The position numbers were made by a program, and so were the translations under genes. A stretch of DNA of 62,034 nucleotides, counting the filler, from Candidatus Desantisbacteria bacterium CG1_02_49_89 (lineage in GTDB: Bacteria; Desantisbacteria; UBA1551): the NCBI GenBank assembly GCA_001871075.1. It is 5 parts of 5 records of this genome, joined end to end, with 100 filler letters (N's around TTAATTAATTAA, not from the genome) between each part and the next. Parts side by side here need not be neighbours in the genome. Positions count along the whole stretch, not along the records: positions 41,154 to 51,572 come from MNUP01000043.1; positions 51,673 to 62,034 come from MNUP01000067.1; 3 more parts are not named here. One strand, written 5' to 3'. The notes beneath the pieces are model-generated. The model saw nothing but the letters and a program-made list of their open reading frames with translations, did no database searches and was not told where the DNA came from. Of the stretch, positions 46,597 through 56,549 are shown in pieces. The number at the start of each line of letters is the position of its first letter. Position 1 is the stretch's first letter.

Positions 46597-49500
46597 ATGC
46601 CTTTCAAAAAAACCCTATTGATCACCTGTTCTTTTGCTATAGCCTGTTTTTCGGCGCAGGGGGAGGCCGGAGTGAAAGAAGTGTCTGATGGCAGCATGAA
46701 AGTCACGGCAGTTGAGGAGAAAGGGGAGATCTCCGGTTTTGATCTTTCGGCCGGCGGGAAGATTATCGCGCCCGTGCGCCTTTCGTCAAACGGTTTTATA
46801 ACGGCTTTAAAAGCCGAAGCAAAGGAAGAGGGAAAAACGAAGACCCTTACGCTGTCCGGGCTGAAGGGAAAGCCAGGGACAGGCGTGAAGTTCGATGCTT
46901 CTGATTTCGTTTCGATCGCGATAACCACGGGCGAGCTGTACCCGGTTGTCAGGTTCAAGATAACCCTTGCCGAATTCAGCGAAGACGCGTGGAAGGCAGG
47001 CGCAGGGAACTGCCCGTTCCATTTCATAACCTGTTCTATGCCTGACGCGGACGCCTGGCAGATGAGGGGATGGACAATGGCAACCCCGAAAGCAGACCAG
47101 TTCCCGCTTTTAATAGATCCCCACGGAGGGAATGACTGCGAAATCGCTTCAAAATTCAACAGAAACTGGAGTTACATCTGCCCGCTGGGCGGCCACCCCG
47201 TGCCCGCGATCGGTATCTGGGCTCCTGAGAGAAAACACTACGTCGCGTTCCTTTTTCAGGGAGCAAGGTTCCTTGATCACACCGAGAAATATATAGCGAC
47301 AGCGTACTGCTGGAAAGAAGGCAGCGATAACCAGTTCATAACGCTCGCGTATCCTTACGGCGGAGCGCTCTACCAGAGCCTGGTGCTCCCCAAAAAAGGT
47401 GATTCGTTCGGGTCGTGGTTCCACCTGGTATGGTCCATTGACATGCCTGCCGCGAAAGAGCCGCACGAACTGATGCACGAATTTATTTTTGCGAAATATT
47501 CCGCGTTACTCCCGCAGGTTCCCCGCATTAACGATATGTCATACCTGACCGGCCAGAGCCAGAAAGCGCTGAAGGTTTTCCCCCAGGCGTCCGGAACAGG
47601 CCTGGTCTATAAAAGCGGCGGGGACGCGTTTTCAGAACCGGGCGGGATGTATATCAGCGGGTTTGACATGCACAGGGAGCTGCCGGTTGAAGCCGCTTTC
47701 AGGAGAAAGCAGAAAGCGGAAATAGAAAGGTGCAAGAAAGACCTTGAGTATCTCTATCCCCTTGCCAAAAAGATCAAGGCCGGCGGGGATGAATGTATAG
47801 TCTGGGAAGAGCCGCTTGAAGGAAAGTGGAAACCGGGGTGGGACCCTGACAACAGGAGCATACACAACAGCGATATGTGGGCTCCGGGTATATCTCTGGT
47901 CGACCTTTACCGCAACGAGAAAGACCCCAAATACCTTCCCTGGATAGACGGCATCTACAACTGGACCAAGCATTTCCTGTTCACCCGCAACGAGTTCCAC
48001 GATGTCCCGTCTTCCCCGTTCGCCATCGGCTGCAATATGATGTGCACCTTCCTTATGGATTACTATTTTACCTTCAAACACGACCCTGAAAGGGCGCAGA
48101 AAGCAAAGGACGCGGTTGATATGGCAAGGGCGTACCTTTACAGGTACCTGCCGATATGGCCTTCTGACAACGACGAGGCTGATAACCTGGACAGCGCTTT
48201 CCTCTTAGAGCCCAATTCAGGCAGGGACTGGGCCGCGCTTGCCTGCGCCAACGAGGTGCAATGGGTCCTGAACGAGATCACCGAAATTTACGTGCATACC
48301 GGGGACAAGAAGCTGAATTACTACATGAAAGGCAATCTTGAGCGCTGGTACCTGCTATACAGGGACGAATTACCATAAAAGCATAAGCGAATACCCGGAA
48401 ACGGCATTCACAGAAGGCCTGGGGTTCTTCGACGGGGCAGGCCCGGGAAGAGGCGGGAGGTACAACTTCGGAGTAGGCGGCATACTGCCCTTCCATTTTC
48501 CGATAGGTAATTCAATGCTGCGCGTCACAGCCGGGGAAAAGGGCGCGTTCGCATGCAACAAAAAAGGAGCGCACACCTATATAACGGAATACCGCTACTC
48601 GCAAGACGGCAATTTCGCGTTCAGGGTAAAAAGCAAACTGAAAGAGCCTTTCGACGTTTCGATCACCTTCCCTTTTTATAACATAACTGACAAAACCGTG
48701 AAGATCGCCCGCGGCGATACCAGGATGGAGCTTGTAAGGTCCGAGGGTTACAAGACCCCGCCCACAAGCCCGTCATCGCTTTACGTGATGGGGGTCCTTG
48801 ACGAAGACATGGTGATCGTGGGAGACGTGGATATGAAGTCCCCGGTCATAACGCTTGAGCACGGGTTTGAATACAGGAAACCCTCCGCGCTTGAGCTGAA
48901 AGACAACGGGTTTGAAATGCTTTTTCTGCCCGCGAACGCCGAGGTTGCCATTGACTGGGAGGACGTGAATTCCTTTGCCGGGCTGCTTCCAGGTAAGCAC
49001 TGCGCGTTCAAAATCCCGTATTACATAATACCTCCGGAAATAAGCCAGGGGCCGATCGCTGTTAAGGATAAGTGCAGTTTCACTGAGCCGGTTTCAGGCG
49101 CTTCCAGGATCTTTATCCTGTATTCTGAGGAAGGACCCGCCCCCGGGATTTCCGCGGTGCTTGATGATGGGAAAAACATCGCGTTTTCAGAAGACTCGGC
49201 TCTCGCGTGGAAGTTCTGGCCTCCGTGTTTCCAGAAGAAGTTCTGGATGGGAAGTGCCGCGGTACCAGCGGGAAGGAAAATTACAGGCATCATTCTGAAG
49301 GACGCGCTTGTTTTCGCTGTGACCTGCTGGAAAGGTGACGACGCGGGCCTGAAACCGGTGATGGAATGTTTTGCCGCTGCGGCGCTTGAAGGCAAAAAAA
49401 TAAAAGCCGCGGAAAAAGAAACAGGGGAATTCAAGAAAAAACTTGAGGGAGTTCCGGCCGGAAAGATGGCGATGCTGCCCCCAAGCTATGGAAGCATCGC

Positions 49501-50137
49501 GGCAACCCTTGCGGGCAAGATCGGCATAATGGACAAGATGAAAAAGTTGAACGACAGCCAGCTTGTGACCCCGGAATTCTTCAACGCCCAGAAGTTCCCG
49601 GTCGCCTTTTATTTCGGTGGCGAGGAATACGTGAAAACGGTCAGGGAGGACGGGGACGGCATTGAAGCTCTGAAAAGGTACCTGGCAGGCGGCGGGTTGC
49701 TGGTGCTTATGGGCGCGGGCCCTTACCCGATGTTCTACGGGTATGAAAAAGGCGCCAGCGCGGGTTCAGACCCGTTCCTGCCGAAGATCGGAGTTCCGAT
49801 GAGCTGCCCGTTCGAAAGGCCGCCCGAACCGATCGAAATGACTTTCAACAAGAACCAGAAGATAATCAAGGGGCTTCCTGAGACGCTTCCTTTCCCGGAG
49901 ACCGGGGACCAAAGGCTGCGGCCGATCCAGGCAGAGCAGGTAACAAGCGAGGCGCAGGTCACTTCAATACTTACCGCCGAGAACTACGGGGACGCCATCT
50001 GCTACATTGAATTCACCGACGGGGAGCTGAAGGGCGGGAAGATCCTTTATGTCTGGGCGACCCTGATGGGCCAGGATTACGGCCAGACCATAATGAGCGA
50101 CGTGTACAAGTTCATCGCGGCGCAGCTTATCAAATAA
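46597..50137 (+). CDS. Large secreted protein of unknown function (~1180 aa), split by a 1-bp frameshift near 48370
   Basis: Overlapping ORFs 46597-48378 and 48338-50137; removing one T in gaattac gives RDEYHKSISEY; signal peptide only on the first part. Confidence 0.65.
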
Positions 50138-50158
50138 AGTATCAAGTAGCGGCAGAGC

Positions 50159-50413
50159 TTGCTCTGCTGTCAATCGATAACTGAAGAAATCAAAGAACTG
50201 GCAGAAAGGTACGTTGCTGAAGGGATTATTCCAGAAAGATTCAAAAATGATGCACGCCATATTGCTGTGGCAGTGGTGCACAACATGAACGTGATTGTAA
50301 GTTGGAATTTGGAGCATATAATCAGATTGAAAACCAAGCTGGGAATAGAAGGGATAAATCGTCCCCTTGGCTATCAATCCATAGAGATAATGACTCCCGA
50401 GGAGGTATTGTAA
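50159..50413 (+). pseudogene. PIN-domain toxin, C-terminal fragment
   Basis: DARHIAVA....IVSWNLEHI...IMTPEEV; N-terminal half absent, preceded by a GTAG REP. Confidence 0.7.
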
Positions 50414-50414
50414 A

Positions 50415-50597
50415 ATGGCTAAAATATCTAAAGTCCTTGATGAAATTCACAGGATAAGAGAAGAGATTTATGAAGAAGAAAAAGGCTTAACTACAGAGGA
50501 AGTTTTAAAAAAGATTCATTCGGAATCAGAAAGGATTATGAAGAAATACAATCTTAAACTGAGGCGCGTAGAAAACAAAGAGACTGTAAGAGTATAA
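50415..50597 (+). CDS. Small putative antitoxin
   Basis: 60 aa, EIHRIREEIYEE pattern, directly after the PIN gene. Confidence 0.55.
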   Translation: MAKISKVLDEIHRIREEIYEEEKGLTTEEVLKKIHSESERIMKKYNLKLRRVENKETVRV

Positions 50598-51048
50598 AAA
50601 TTGTCAATGAGCGACGTGTACCAGTTCATCGCGACCCAGCTGATCAAATAATAGACCACAGAGACTATGTAACATTTATTGCGTATTCGTAGGGTAAACC
50701 TTCAGGTTTGCAAGATATTAATGTATTTGATGTATATTAAAATGAAATTCTTGATTTATTTATGCAAGGCTTTAGCCTTGCGTGTTTGGGAGTAGGGGCT
50801 TTAGCCCCAGCCAAGAGTCAAGAATTATTCGGGGTGGCTGATAAGTTTAAAGGAAGAGGACGGCCCAAGAAGTCTCTGGTGCCAGAAAAATAGGAAAAAT
50901 ACAACCGTCCCACTTTTATACAGAAAAATACAAAGGAAAAAATAACTGGTGCTGGGCAAAGGACATTGAAGTAGACAACACAGGAAACATATACATCGCA
51001 ACTATGGAAGGGGTTGTGAAATATAGACAGAAATAAAGGGGAATAAAG

Positions 51049-51345
51049 ATGAAAAGGCTTATCATAATTACAACATCGCTGGTTTTTGTATTGTGCGCCG
51101 GGGCTAGAATCTGGGCACAATCCGACTATACTTCAAAATTAATTGGGGAACTCAAAGATAAAAATGCGTACGTGCGAATACGTGCTGCAAGAGAGTTGGG
51201 GAGAGCAAGAGATCCTTTATCTATAGAATTCCTGATTGACGCACTAAAGGACGAACACCCGCGTGTCCGAATATTCGCGGCAAGGACTTTGGGGAAAATA
51301 GGAGATTCCATGGCTGTGAAACCCTTAATCCTGAAAAACGGATAA
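51049..51345 (+). CDS. Short secreted HEAT (PBS lyase-like) repeat protein, probably truncated
   Basis: Signal peptide; LKDKNAYVRIRAARELG and LKDEHPRVRIFAARTLG. Confidence 0.7.
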   Translation: MKRLIIITTSLVFVLCAGARIWAQSDYTSKLIGELKDKNAYVRIRAARELGRARDPLSIEFLIDALKDEHPRVRIFAARTLGKIGDSMAVKPLILKNG

Positions 51346-51672
51346 AAAGCCTTCTTTTTAACTCTCGTCGTCAGGACTATCATGTAACTCATTTGCAAAT
51401 TGAATAAAATTTAACACAACAATACTGTTTATTATGGTATTGCCCGATGAAATGCAAACTGAAAATCTTTTAGTATTTGCAAAATTAATGAAAAAAGATG
51501 TTCCTCTGAATTAAGTAAGACCATCTGCACCGAAGGAAAATTAAATTTTTACAGTCTTTTTGGCATAATCCANNNNNNNNNNNNNNNNNNNNNNNNNNNN
51601 NNNNNNNNNNNNNNNNTTAATTAATTAANNNNNNNNNNNNNNNNNNNNNNNNNNNNNNNNNNNNNNNNNNNN

Positions 51673-52117
51673 CCTCCTCGTAAACAGTCCCGTCGCTTGA
51701 CTTGACAACAACGGAATTTGGCACAAGACAACCTGGCACGCCATGGTACACCCGCCTCGGTACAACGCCTTTCAAACGGGTGCCCGCGGCCCACTGGTTC
51801 GGGCGCTCGTCCCCTATCTGCACCTTTTCGTTCTCAACGCTGACAACCGTGCTGGGATCGATCTTAAATTCAGATGCCTTTATTCGTATAATCGCCCGCC
51901 CCAAAGGGGCGAGGTCTCGCCCCAACTTTGCGTCGGGGCGGATAACATCGCCCTTCTTTCCAATCACTTTCCATTCCCCTGCCGATACCTTCACGGTCAT
52001 TCCGGACGCCGTTATTTTCACTTCTTTCGCCTCCGCAAGTATTAAAGTAGGGCAAACCTTCAGGTTTGCTGTCAGTATAAAAGCAAAAACAATTATGCTT
52101 AATATTTTCCTCATTGA
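51673..52117 (-). CDS. Secreted hypothetical protein, cut by contig end
   Basis: MRKILSIIVF signal-like start after AGAGGAG. Confidence 0.55.
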
Positions 52118-52147
52118 ACAGCTCCTCTTGAATTTGATTAATTTCAT

Positions 52148-52936
52148 TTATTTTTTTCCAAGATTAATTCCTATGAAATAGTCGATTCCGGAAGTGTATA
52201 TATTGGTAAAATCTGGATCATCATCCCATTTAGCTTGAAAACCATTAGGATAGTAATGCTGCATAACTCCGATAGAAAGCGACATTTCTAAATCAGGTGT
52301 GAAATTTAACGGGATCTCAATTCCTCCCATTAATGAATAATATAAACCATCGGCTTTGGTTTCAAAACGATAGCTTCCTAAATCTATTGCGCCTACTTTA
52401 GATTCAGAATCAAAATATCCTACGGAGGAAGAAAAAAACAAGCATATCCCTTGATACTCTTTTGAAGAGAATAATCTTTTACTTATCCCTGGAGTAAGAT
52501 ATAAATATTTTGCATAGCTCTCTTCATCCCCGAAAAGGAAAAACATGCCCGAAGTTCCACCGCCGAAAATTATCGAACAGGCTGGAACAATTTTACCTTC
52601 TAAAACAATTTGCTTTTTTATATTTAAACCTATACCGATCAAGGGAAATTGTAGTCCTATTTCCCATTTATTCTTAAAACCCCATCTCAAATCCATATAA
52701 ATTGGTACAGATAACCGATAAAAAACCCTGGGATCAATGTAGTCACTATTTTCACCTGTTAAGGGGAACCAAACCAAAACCTTGAATTCTTCTGCTATTT
52801 CCCCAGTTTGAAGTAACCAAGGATGACCGTTCCAAACCGGAGCTTTTCCAAGAGAACTGCTGGAGCCGTAACCATTATTTTGAAAAATCATTACTATAGA
52901 AAAGAAAATGAGTAATTTTACTATTTTTTTCATCAA
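52148..52936 (-). CDS. Hypothetical secreted or outer-membrane protein
   Basis: Signal peptide, aromatic-rich beta strands, low GC. Confidence 0.55.
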   Translation of the reverse strand: MMKKIVKLLIFFSIVMIFQNNGYGSSSSLGKAPVWNGHPWLLQTGEIAEEFKVLVWFPLTGENSDYIDPRVFYRLSVPIYMDLRWGFKNKWEIGLQFPLIGIGLNIKKQIVLEGKIVPACSIIFGGGTSGMFFLFGDEESYAKYLYLTPGISKRLFSSKEYQGICLFFSSSVGYFDSESKVGAIDLGSYRFETKADGLYYSLMGGIEIPLNFTPDLEMSLSIGVMQHYYPNGFQAKWDDDPDFTNIYTSGIDYFIGINLGKK

Positions 52937-53074
52937 ACATCCTTTTTTAGATAGGGACAGGCACTAATTTTAAAATCCTTATTTTAAAAGGCTATTCATG
53001 GTACTTTTAAAAAAATCAGCAAACAGAAATAATGGTAACCATTCCCAACCTACGCGGTTGGTAATAGGTTCCTT

Positions 53075-54097
53075 TCAATCTTTCAGAAGATTAGAGATAA
53101 TTTTTATCATTATATCCTTCTCCCTCGGCTGGCTGTTCGCGACAAGCAAAGCAAGGGCAACCATGGTATTGTTCTCGATTTTTCTCGTGCCGCTTTCCCT
53201 GCGCAAATACCTGTTCTTTTCAAGAAAATAAATAAACAAAAGGGAGCCGATCCTCTTGTTGCCGTCAACGAAAGGATGGTCTTTTATTATAAGGTAAAGA
53301 AGGTTTGCAGCTTTTCCAGCTACTCCTGCATACAGTTCCTTCCTGTCAAAAGTCTGGTATACGGCGCCAATTATGCTTTTTAGCTTGCTGCCGGTTTCCT
53401 GCCCGAAATAGCTTGTTGCCTCGCCCTTTTTCAACAGATCTGATTTTATCTGCCTTATAAGCTGCTGGCTGTTCTCGTAATATAATTTGAACTGTGGCTT
53501 TTTAATTCTTGGGCTTGCGAGCGTTCCCTTATCATACTGATGCAAGATAGTCAGTGAGCTGGAATATTCATTGATTATATTTAAAAGCTCCTGCGCCCGG
53601 CCTGACAGCTCGGGACGCCCGGATTTATCCCTTATAAATCTTATCGTATCCTGCAGTTCCTTGAATTTTTCTGACTGCTGCGAAAGCCTTTTTTGGTTAA
53701 TGGCATAACCCTGGATCAAATAATCTTTCAAGGTCTTTGTCGCCCAGATGCGAAACTGGGTAGCGCGCCGGGAATTAACGCGGTAACCTACAGAAATAAC
53801 GGCATCAAGGTTATAAAACCTTGTGTTATATTTTTTCCCATCAGAAGCAGTATGTTCCAAAATGGAACCAACTGATTCCTCTCTTAATTCTCCACTTTTA
53901 AATATATTACTAAGGTGTTTAGTTATAGCAGGTCTTTGTGTGCCAAAAAGATAAGCAATCTGCTTTTGGGTAAGCCATAAAGTATCCCGCTCAAATTTAA
54001 CGTCCAGGTTTATTTTTCCGTCTTTTGCGCGATAAATTACAATGCTGCTCTTGCCGGGACTCGCACTATTATTTGTCTGCTTGGCTCCTGAACTCAT
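53075..54097 (-). CDS. RhuM-like domain plus Fic/Doc protein
   Basis: TLWLTQKQIA.LF, YNLDAVISVGYRVNS..ATQFRIWAT; Fic motif HPFVDGNKRIG. Confidence 0.9.
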   Translation of the reverse strand: MSSGAKQTNNSASPGKSSIVIYRAKDGKINLDVKFERDTLWLTQKQIAYLFGTQRPAITKHLSNIFKSGELREESVGSILEHTASDGKKYNTRFYNLDAVISVGYRVNSRRATQFRIWATKTLKDYLIQGYAINQKRLSQQSEKFKELQDTIRFIRDKSGRPELSGRAQELLNIINEYSSSLTILHQYDKGTLASPRIKKPQFKLYYENSQQLIRQIKSDLLKKGEATSYFGQETGSKLKSIIGAVYQTFDRKELYAGVAGKAANLLYLIIKDHPFVDGNKRIGSLLFIYFLEKNRYLRRESGTRKIENNTMVALALLVANSQPREKDIMIKIISNLLKD

Positions 54098-54326
54098 CAA
54101 CTTCTCCTTGATTTGAAAGATTGCTTCCCCGCCACGAATATTGGCGGGTCGCAATGACAGCAGTGCGATAAATCCCACCCGCTACAATACATCAAATACC
54201 TTTGTCTGTTTTTCCAGACAAATGTCTGGGAAAACAGACATCCAAAACGCGCAACCGTATCCACCTACGAGGTGGGACAGGCTGGCACCCATTTCCAACC
54301 TCGCAGGTTGGAAATGGGTGGAACGG

Positions 54327-54680
54327 TTAAAGTTCGCGGGGATCTATCAGGAGATGGATACCTTTTATAATTTCAATTACGCGCTGCCTGGACAGGGTCC
54401 CTATCTTCTCAATAAGCATTGATTTGTCAACAGTAACAATCTGGGATATATTTACTACACTGCTTTTTGGCAGGTTAGCTTCGCCTTTAGTAAGCAATAC
54501 GTTCCCGGGAGAACCTGCCCTCTGAAGTTTTGACGTCAGAAGACAGGCAACAACCGTATTAATGGGACTGTGGTTGAATATATCACTTTGGATGATAGTG
54601 ATTGGGTGGCGATAGCCTGGCTCTGAACCTATGGGCCTTCCAAGAAAAGCCCAAAAGACATCGCCCTGATTAATTACCAT
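54327..54680 (-). CDS. mazF: MazF/PemK toxin
   Basis: QGDVFWA...GSEPGYRHP...QSD.FN, SVVNISQI.TVDK. Confidence 0.9.
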   Translation of the reverse strand: MVINQGDVFWAFLGRPIGSEPGYRHPITIIQSDIFNHSPINTVVACLLTSKLQRAGSPGNVLLTKGEANLPKSSVVNISQIVTVDKSMLIEKIGTLSRQRVIEIIKGIHLLIDPREL

Positions 54681-54928
54681 TCCCCCTCCGCTATTTTTCT
54701 GCTTTGTTCGGTTATTATCCTTAACAATTTCTTCTCCTTAGCGGTGGGAGGAGTGCTGTAAACGGCATTGAGCTGGTTCACGATCTGTTTATTCTTCTGC
54801 CTTTCCAGGAAATCCTCTATCGCCTTTTCAAAAAGGTTGCTTCTCGGCATACGCCTTTTTCTGGCGATGGAATCCATCTCCTCCAAAAGATCTTCCTTAA
54901 TAGATATCGCGGTTTTTACCTTAGCCAT
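54674..54928 (-). CDS. Ribbon-helix-helix antitoxin
   Basis: KTAISI...MPRSNLF..AI...QLNAVY; overlaps the mazF start. Confidence 0.85.
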   Translation of the reverse strand: MAKVKTAISIKEDLLEEMDSIARKRRMPRSNLFEKAIEDFLERQKNKQIVNQLNAVYSTPPTAKEKKLLRIITEQSRKIAEGEW

Positions 54929-54953
54929 TTGTTATACCTCCTTTCATACCAAT

Positions 54954-54982
54954 AGTATAACATATTTGACTGCTTTTGTCAA
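54954..54982 (-). promoter_or_regulatory. Sigma70 promoter of the TA operon
   Basis: TTGACA-17bp-TATACT on the minus strand. Confidence 0.7.
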
Positions 54983-55029
54983 GCGTAAAAAGAAAAACCA
55001 AGGGGAAAGACTGGGCGACCATCCGCCCT

Positions 55030-56289
55030 CTACACAGTTTTTCGGGCGTGATAAATCACGCCCCTGCTCTGACTCTCTGAATCTGTGACTCTTTGACTCT
55101 GAACTTCTTTTGTGTATGCGAGGATCTCGTCCGCGGCTTTCTTAAACCCGCCGGCCTCGCGGAAACTGTCCCCTATTTTCTTCGCACCATTCCTGTAATT
55201 TTCGTCTGACATGATCCTTAATGAAGCCTCAAGCAAATTACGCGGGCTGACCTTTTTCGGCATAATGTAAACCCCTGCTTTCAGCTGCACAAGCCGCTTT
55301 GCTATCATAAGATTTTCTATCTGCTGGGGTATTATAAGCAGCGGAACCCCGTAGAACAGGGATTCGTTCACGCTATTCATCCCGCCGTGCGATATGAAAA
55401 GGCCTGCCTTCTGCAGGATCTCCAGCTGCGGCACGAAATTGCGGACGATGAAGTTATCCGGGATCGCGCCGAGGTCCGATATGTTCACCATGTCGCCTGC
55501 TGAAAGCACAACGAGAAGATCTTTTCCGCCGAACGCCTGGAAGCATTTGCAATAGAAATCAGGATCGTCAAGCACCGAGCCCAGCGAAATATATATTACC
55601 TTTTTGCCTTCCAGTTCCTGGTACGGGAAACCCGGGTCCTTTTCCCTTTCAGAGATAGATGTGCCTACGAACTTGAACGCGTCCCCTAATTTTTTACTGC
55701 CCGGCTGGAAATACCTGGAATTGAAGATCACGTTCAGGCCCTCGAAATTCATGAGCGTGTCCTGCAATTCCATCCGGATGCCGTATTTCCTGCTGAACAG
55801 CCGCGCGTATTTCAAATATTGAAGGTAGTAACTGAACCCTTTCAGCACGAGCAAAGGGAAGGTAAAAACAAAATCAGGTGACATAAACAGTATTTCATTA
55901 TTCAGCACGAACGTGGACATCGTGTTAACTGCTTTCTTCTTCAGCTGGCCGGCTATTATCCTGCCCCATATAGCTACCGAGTCATGTATTATATAATCGG
56001 GATCGTCGCGCCTTACCTCGTCAATATTCCGCAGCACCAGCTCTTCAGACGCCTCAGCCACAAGCCCTATGACCTTTACCGGATTTTTCGCTATCTGGCG
56101 CAGGTCTTTTTTCGCGAACGAGAATTGATACTGCCTGAACTCGGCGCCGGTTGCCTCAACAGCTCTGCGGAACGGCTCGTCGCTGTAATAGATGATCTTC
56201 TCTCCCCTGCTCTTCAGTTCCTTAACGAGCGGCAGAGTGGGGTTTGTGTGGCCGTGCTCTGGCATGCTCAGGTAAACAACCTTAGCCAA
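55030..56289 (-). CDS. Macrolide-family (MGT, GT1) glycosyltransferase
   Basis: HGHTNPTL, IYISLGS, FVPQLEIL, FISHGGMNSVNE. Confidence 0.9.
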   Translation of the reverse strand: MAKVVYLSMPEHGHTNPTLPLVKELKSRGEKIIYYSDEPFRRAVEATGAEFRQYQFSFAKKDLRQIAKNPVKVIGLVAEASEELVLRNIDEVRRDDPDYIIHDSVAIWGRIIAGQLKKKAVNTMSTFVLNNEILFMSPDFVFTFPLLVLKGFSYYLQYLKYARLFSRKYGIRMELQDTLMNFEGLNVIFNSRYFQPGSKKLGDAFKFVGTSISEREKDPGFPYQELEGKKVIYISLGSVLDDPDFYCKCFQAFGGKDLLVVLSAGDMVNISDLGAIPDNFIVRNFVPQLEILQKAGLFISHGGMNSVNESLFYGVPLLIIPQQIENLMIAKRLVQLKAGVYIMPKKVSPRNLLEASLRIMSDENYRNGAKKIGDSFREAGGFKKAADEILAYTKEVQSQRVTDSESQSRGVIYHARKTV

Positions 56290-56549
56290 GTGGACTCCTT
56301 AATGCAGAGCCCCAAAGGGATCCCTTCGGGACAAGCTCTGCCACTATCCACCCCGATGCAACGTCGGGGCGAGACTTCGCCAAAGGCGAGCGCGTAAATC
56401 CCCCTCAATCCCCCTTTTTCAAAGGGGGAGTAAATGGAATTTTTGGCGTGATAAATCACGCCCCTACATACACGCAGGCTGAAGCCTGCGGCTACCTACC
56501 CCTCACCTCAATCCTCTCCCACAAGGGGCGAGGAAATTGCTGGTACAAA

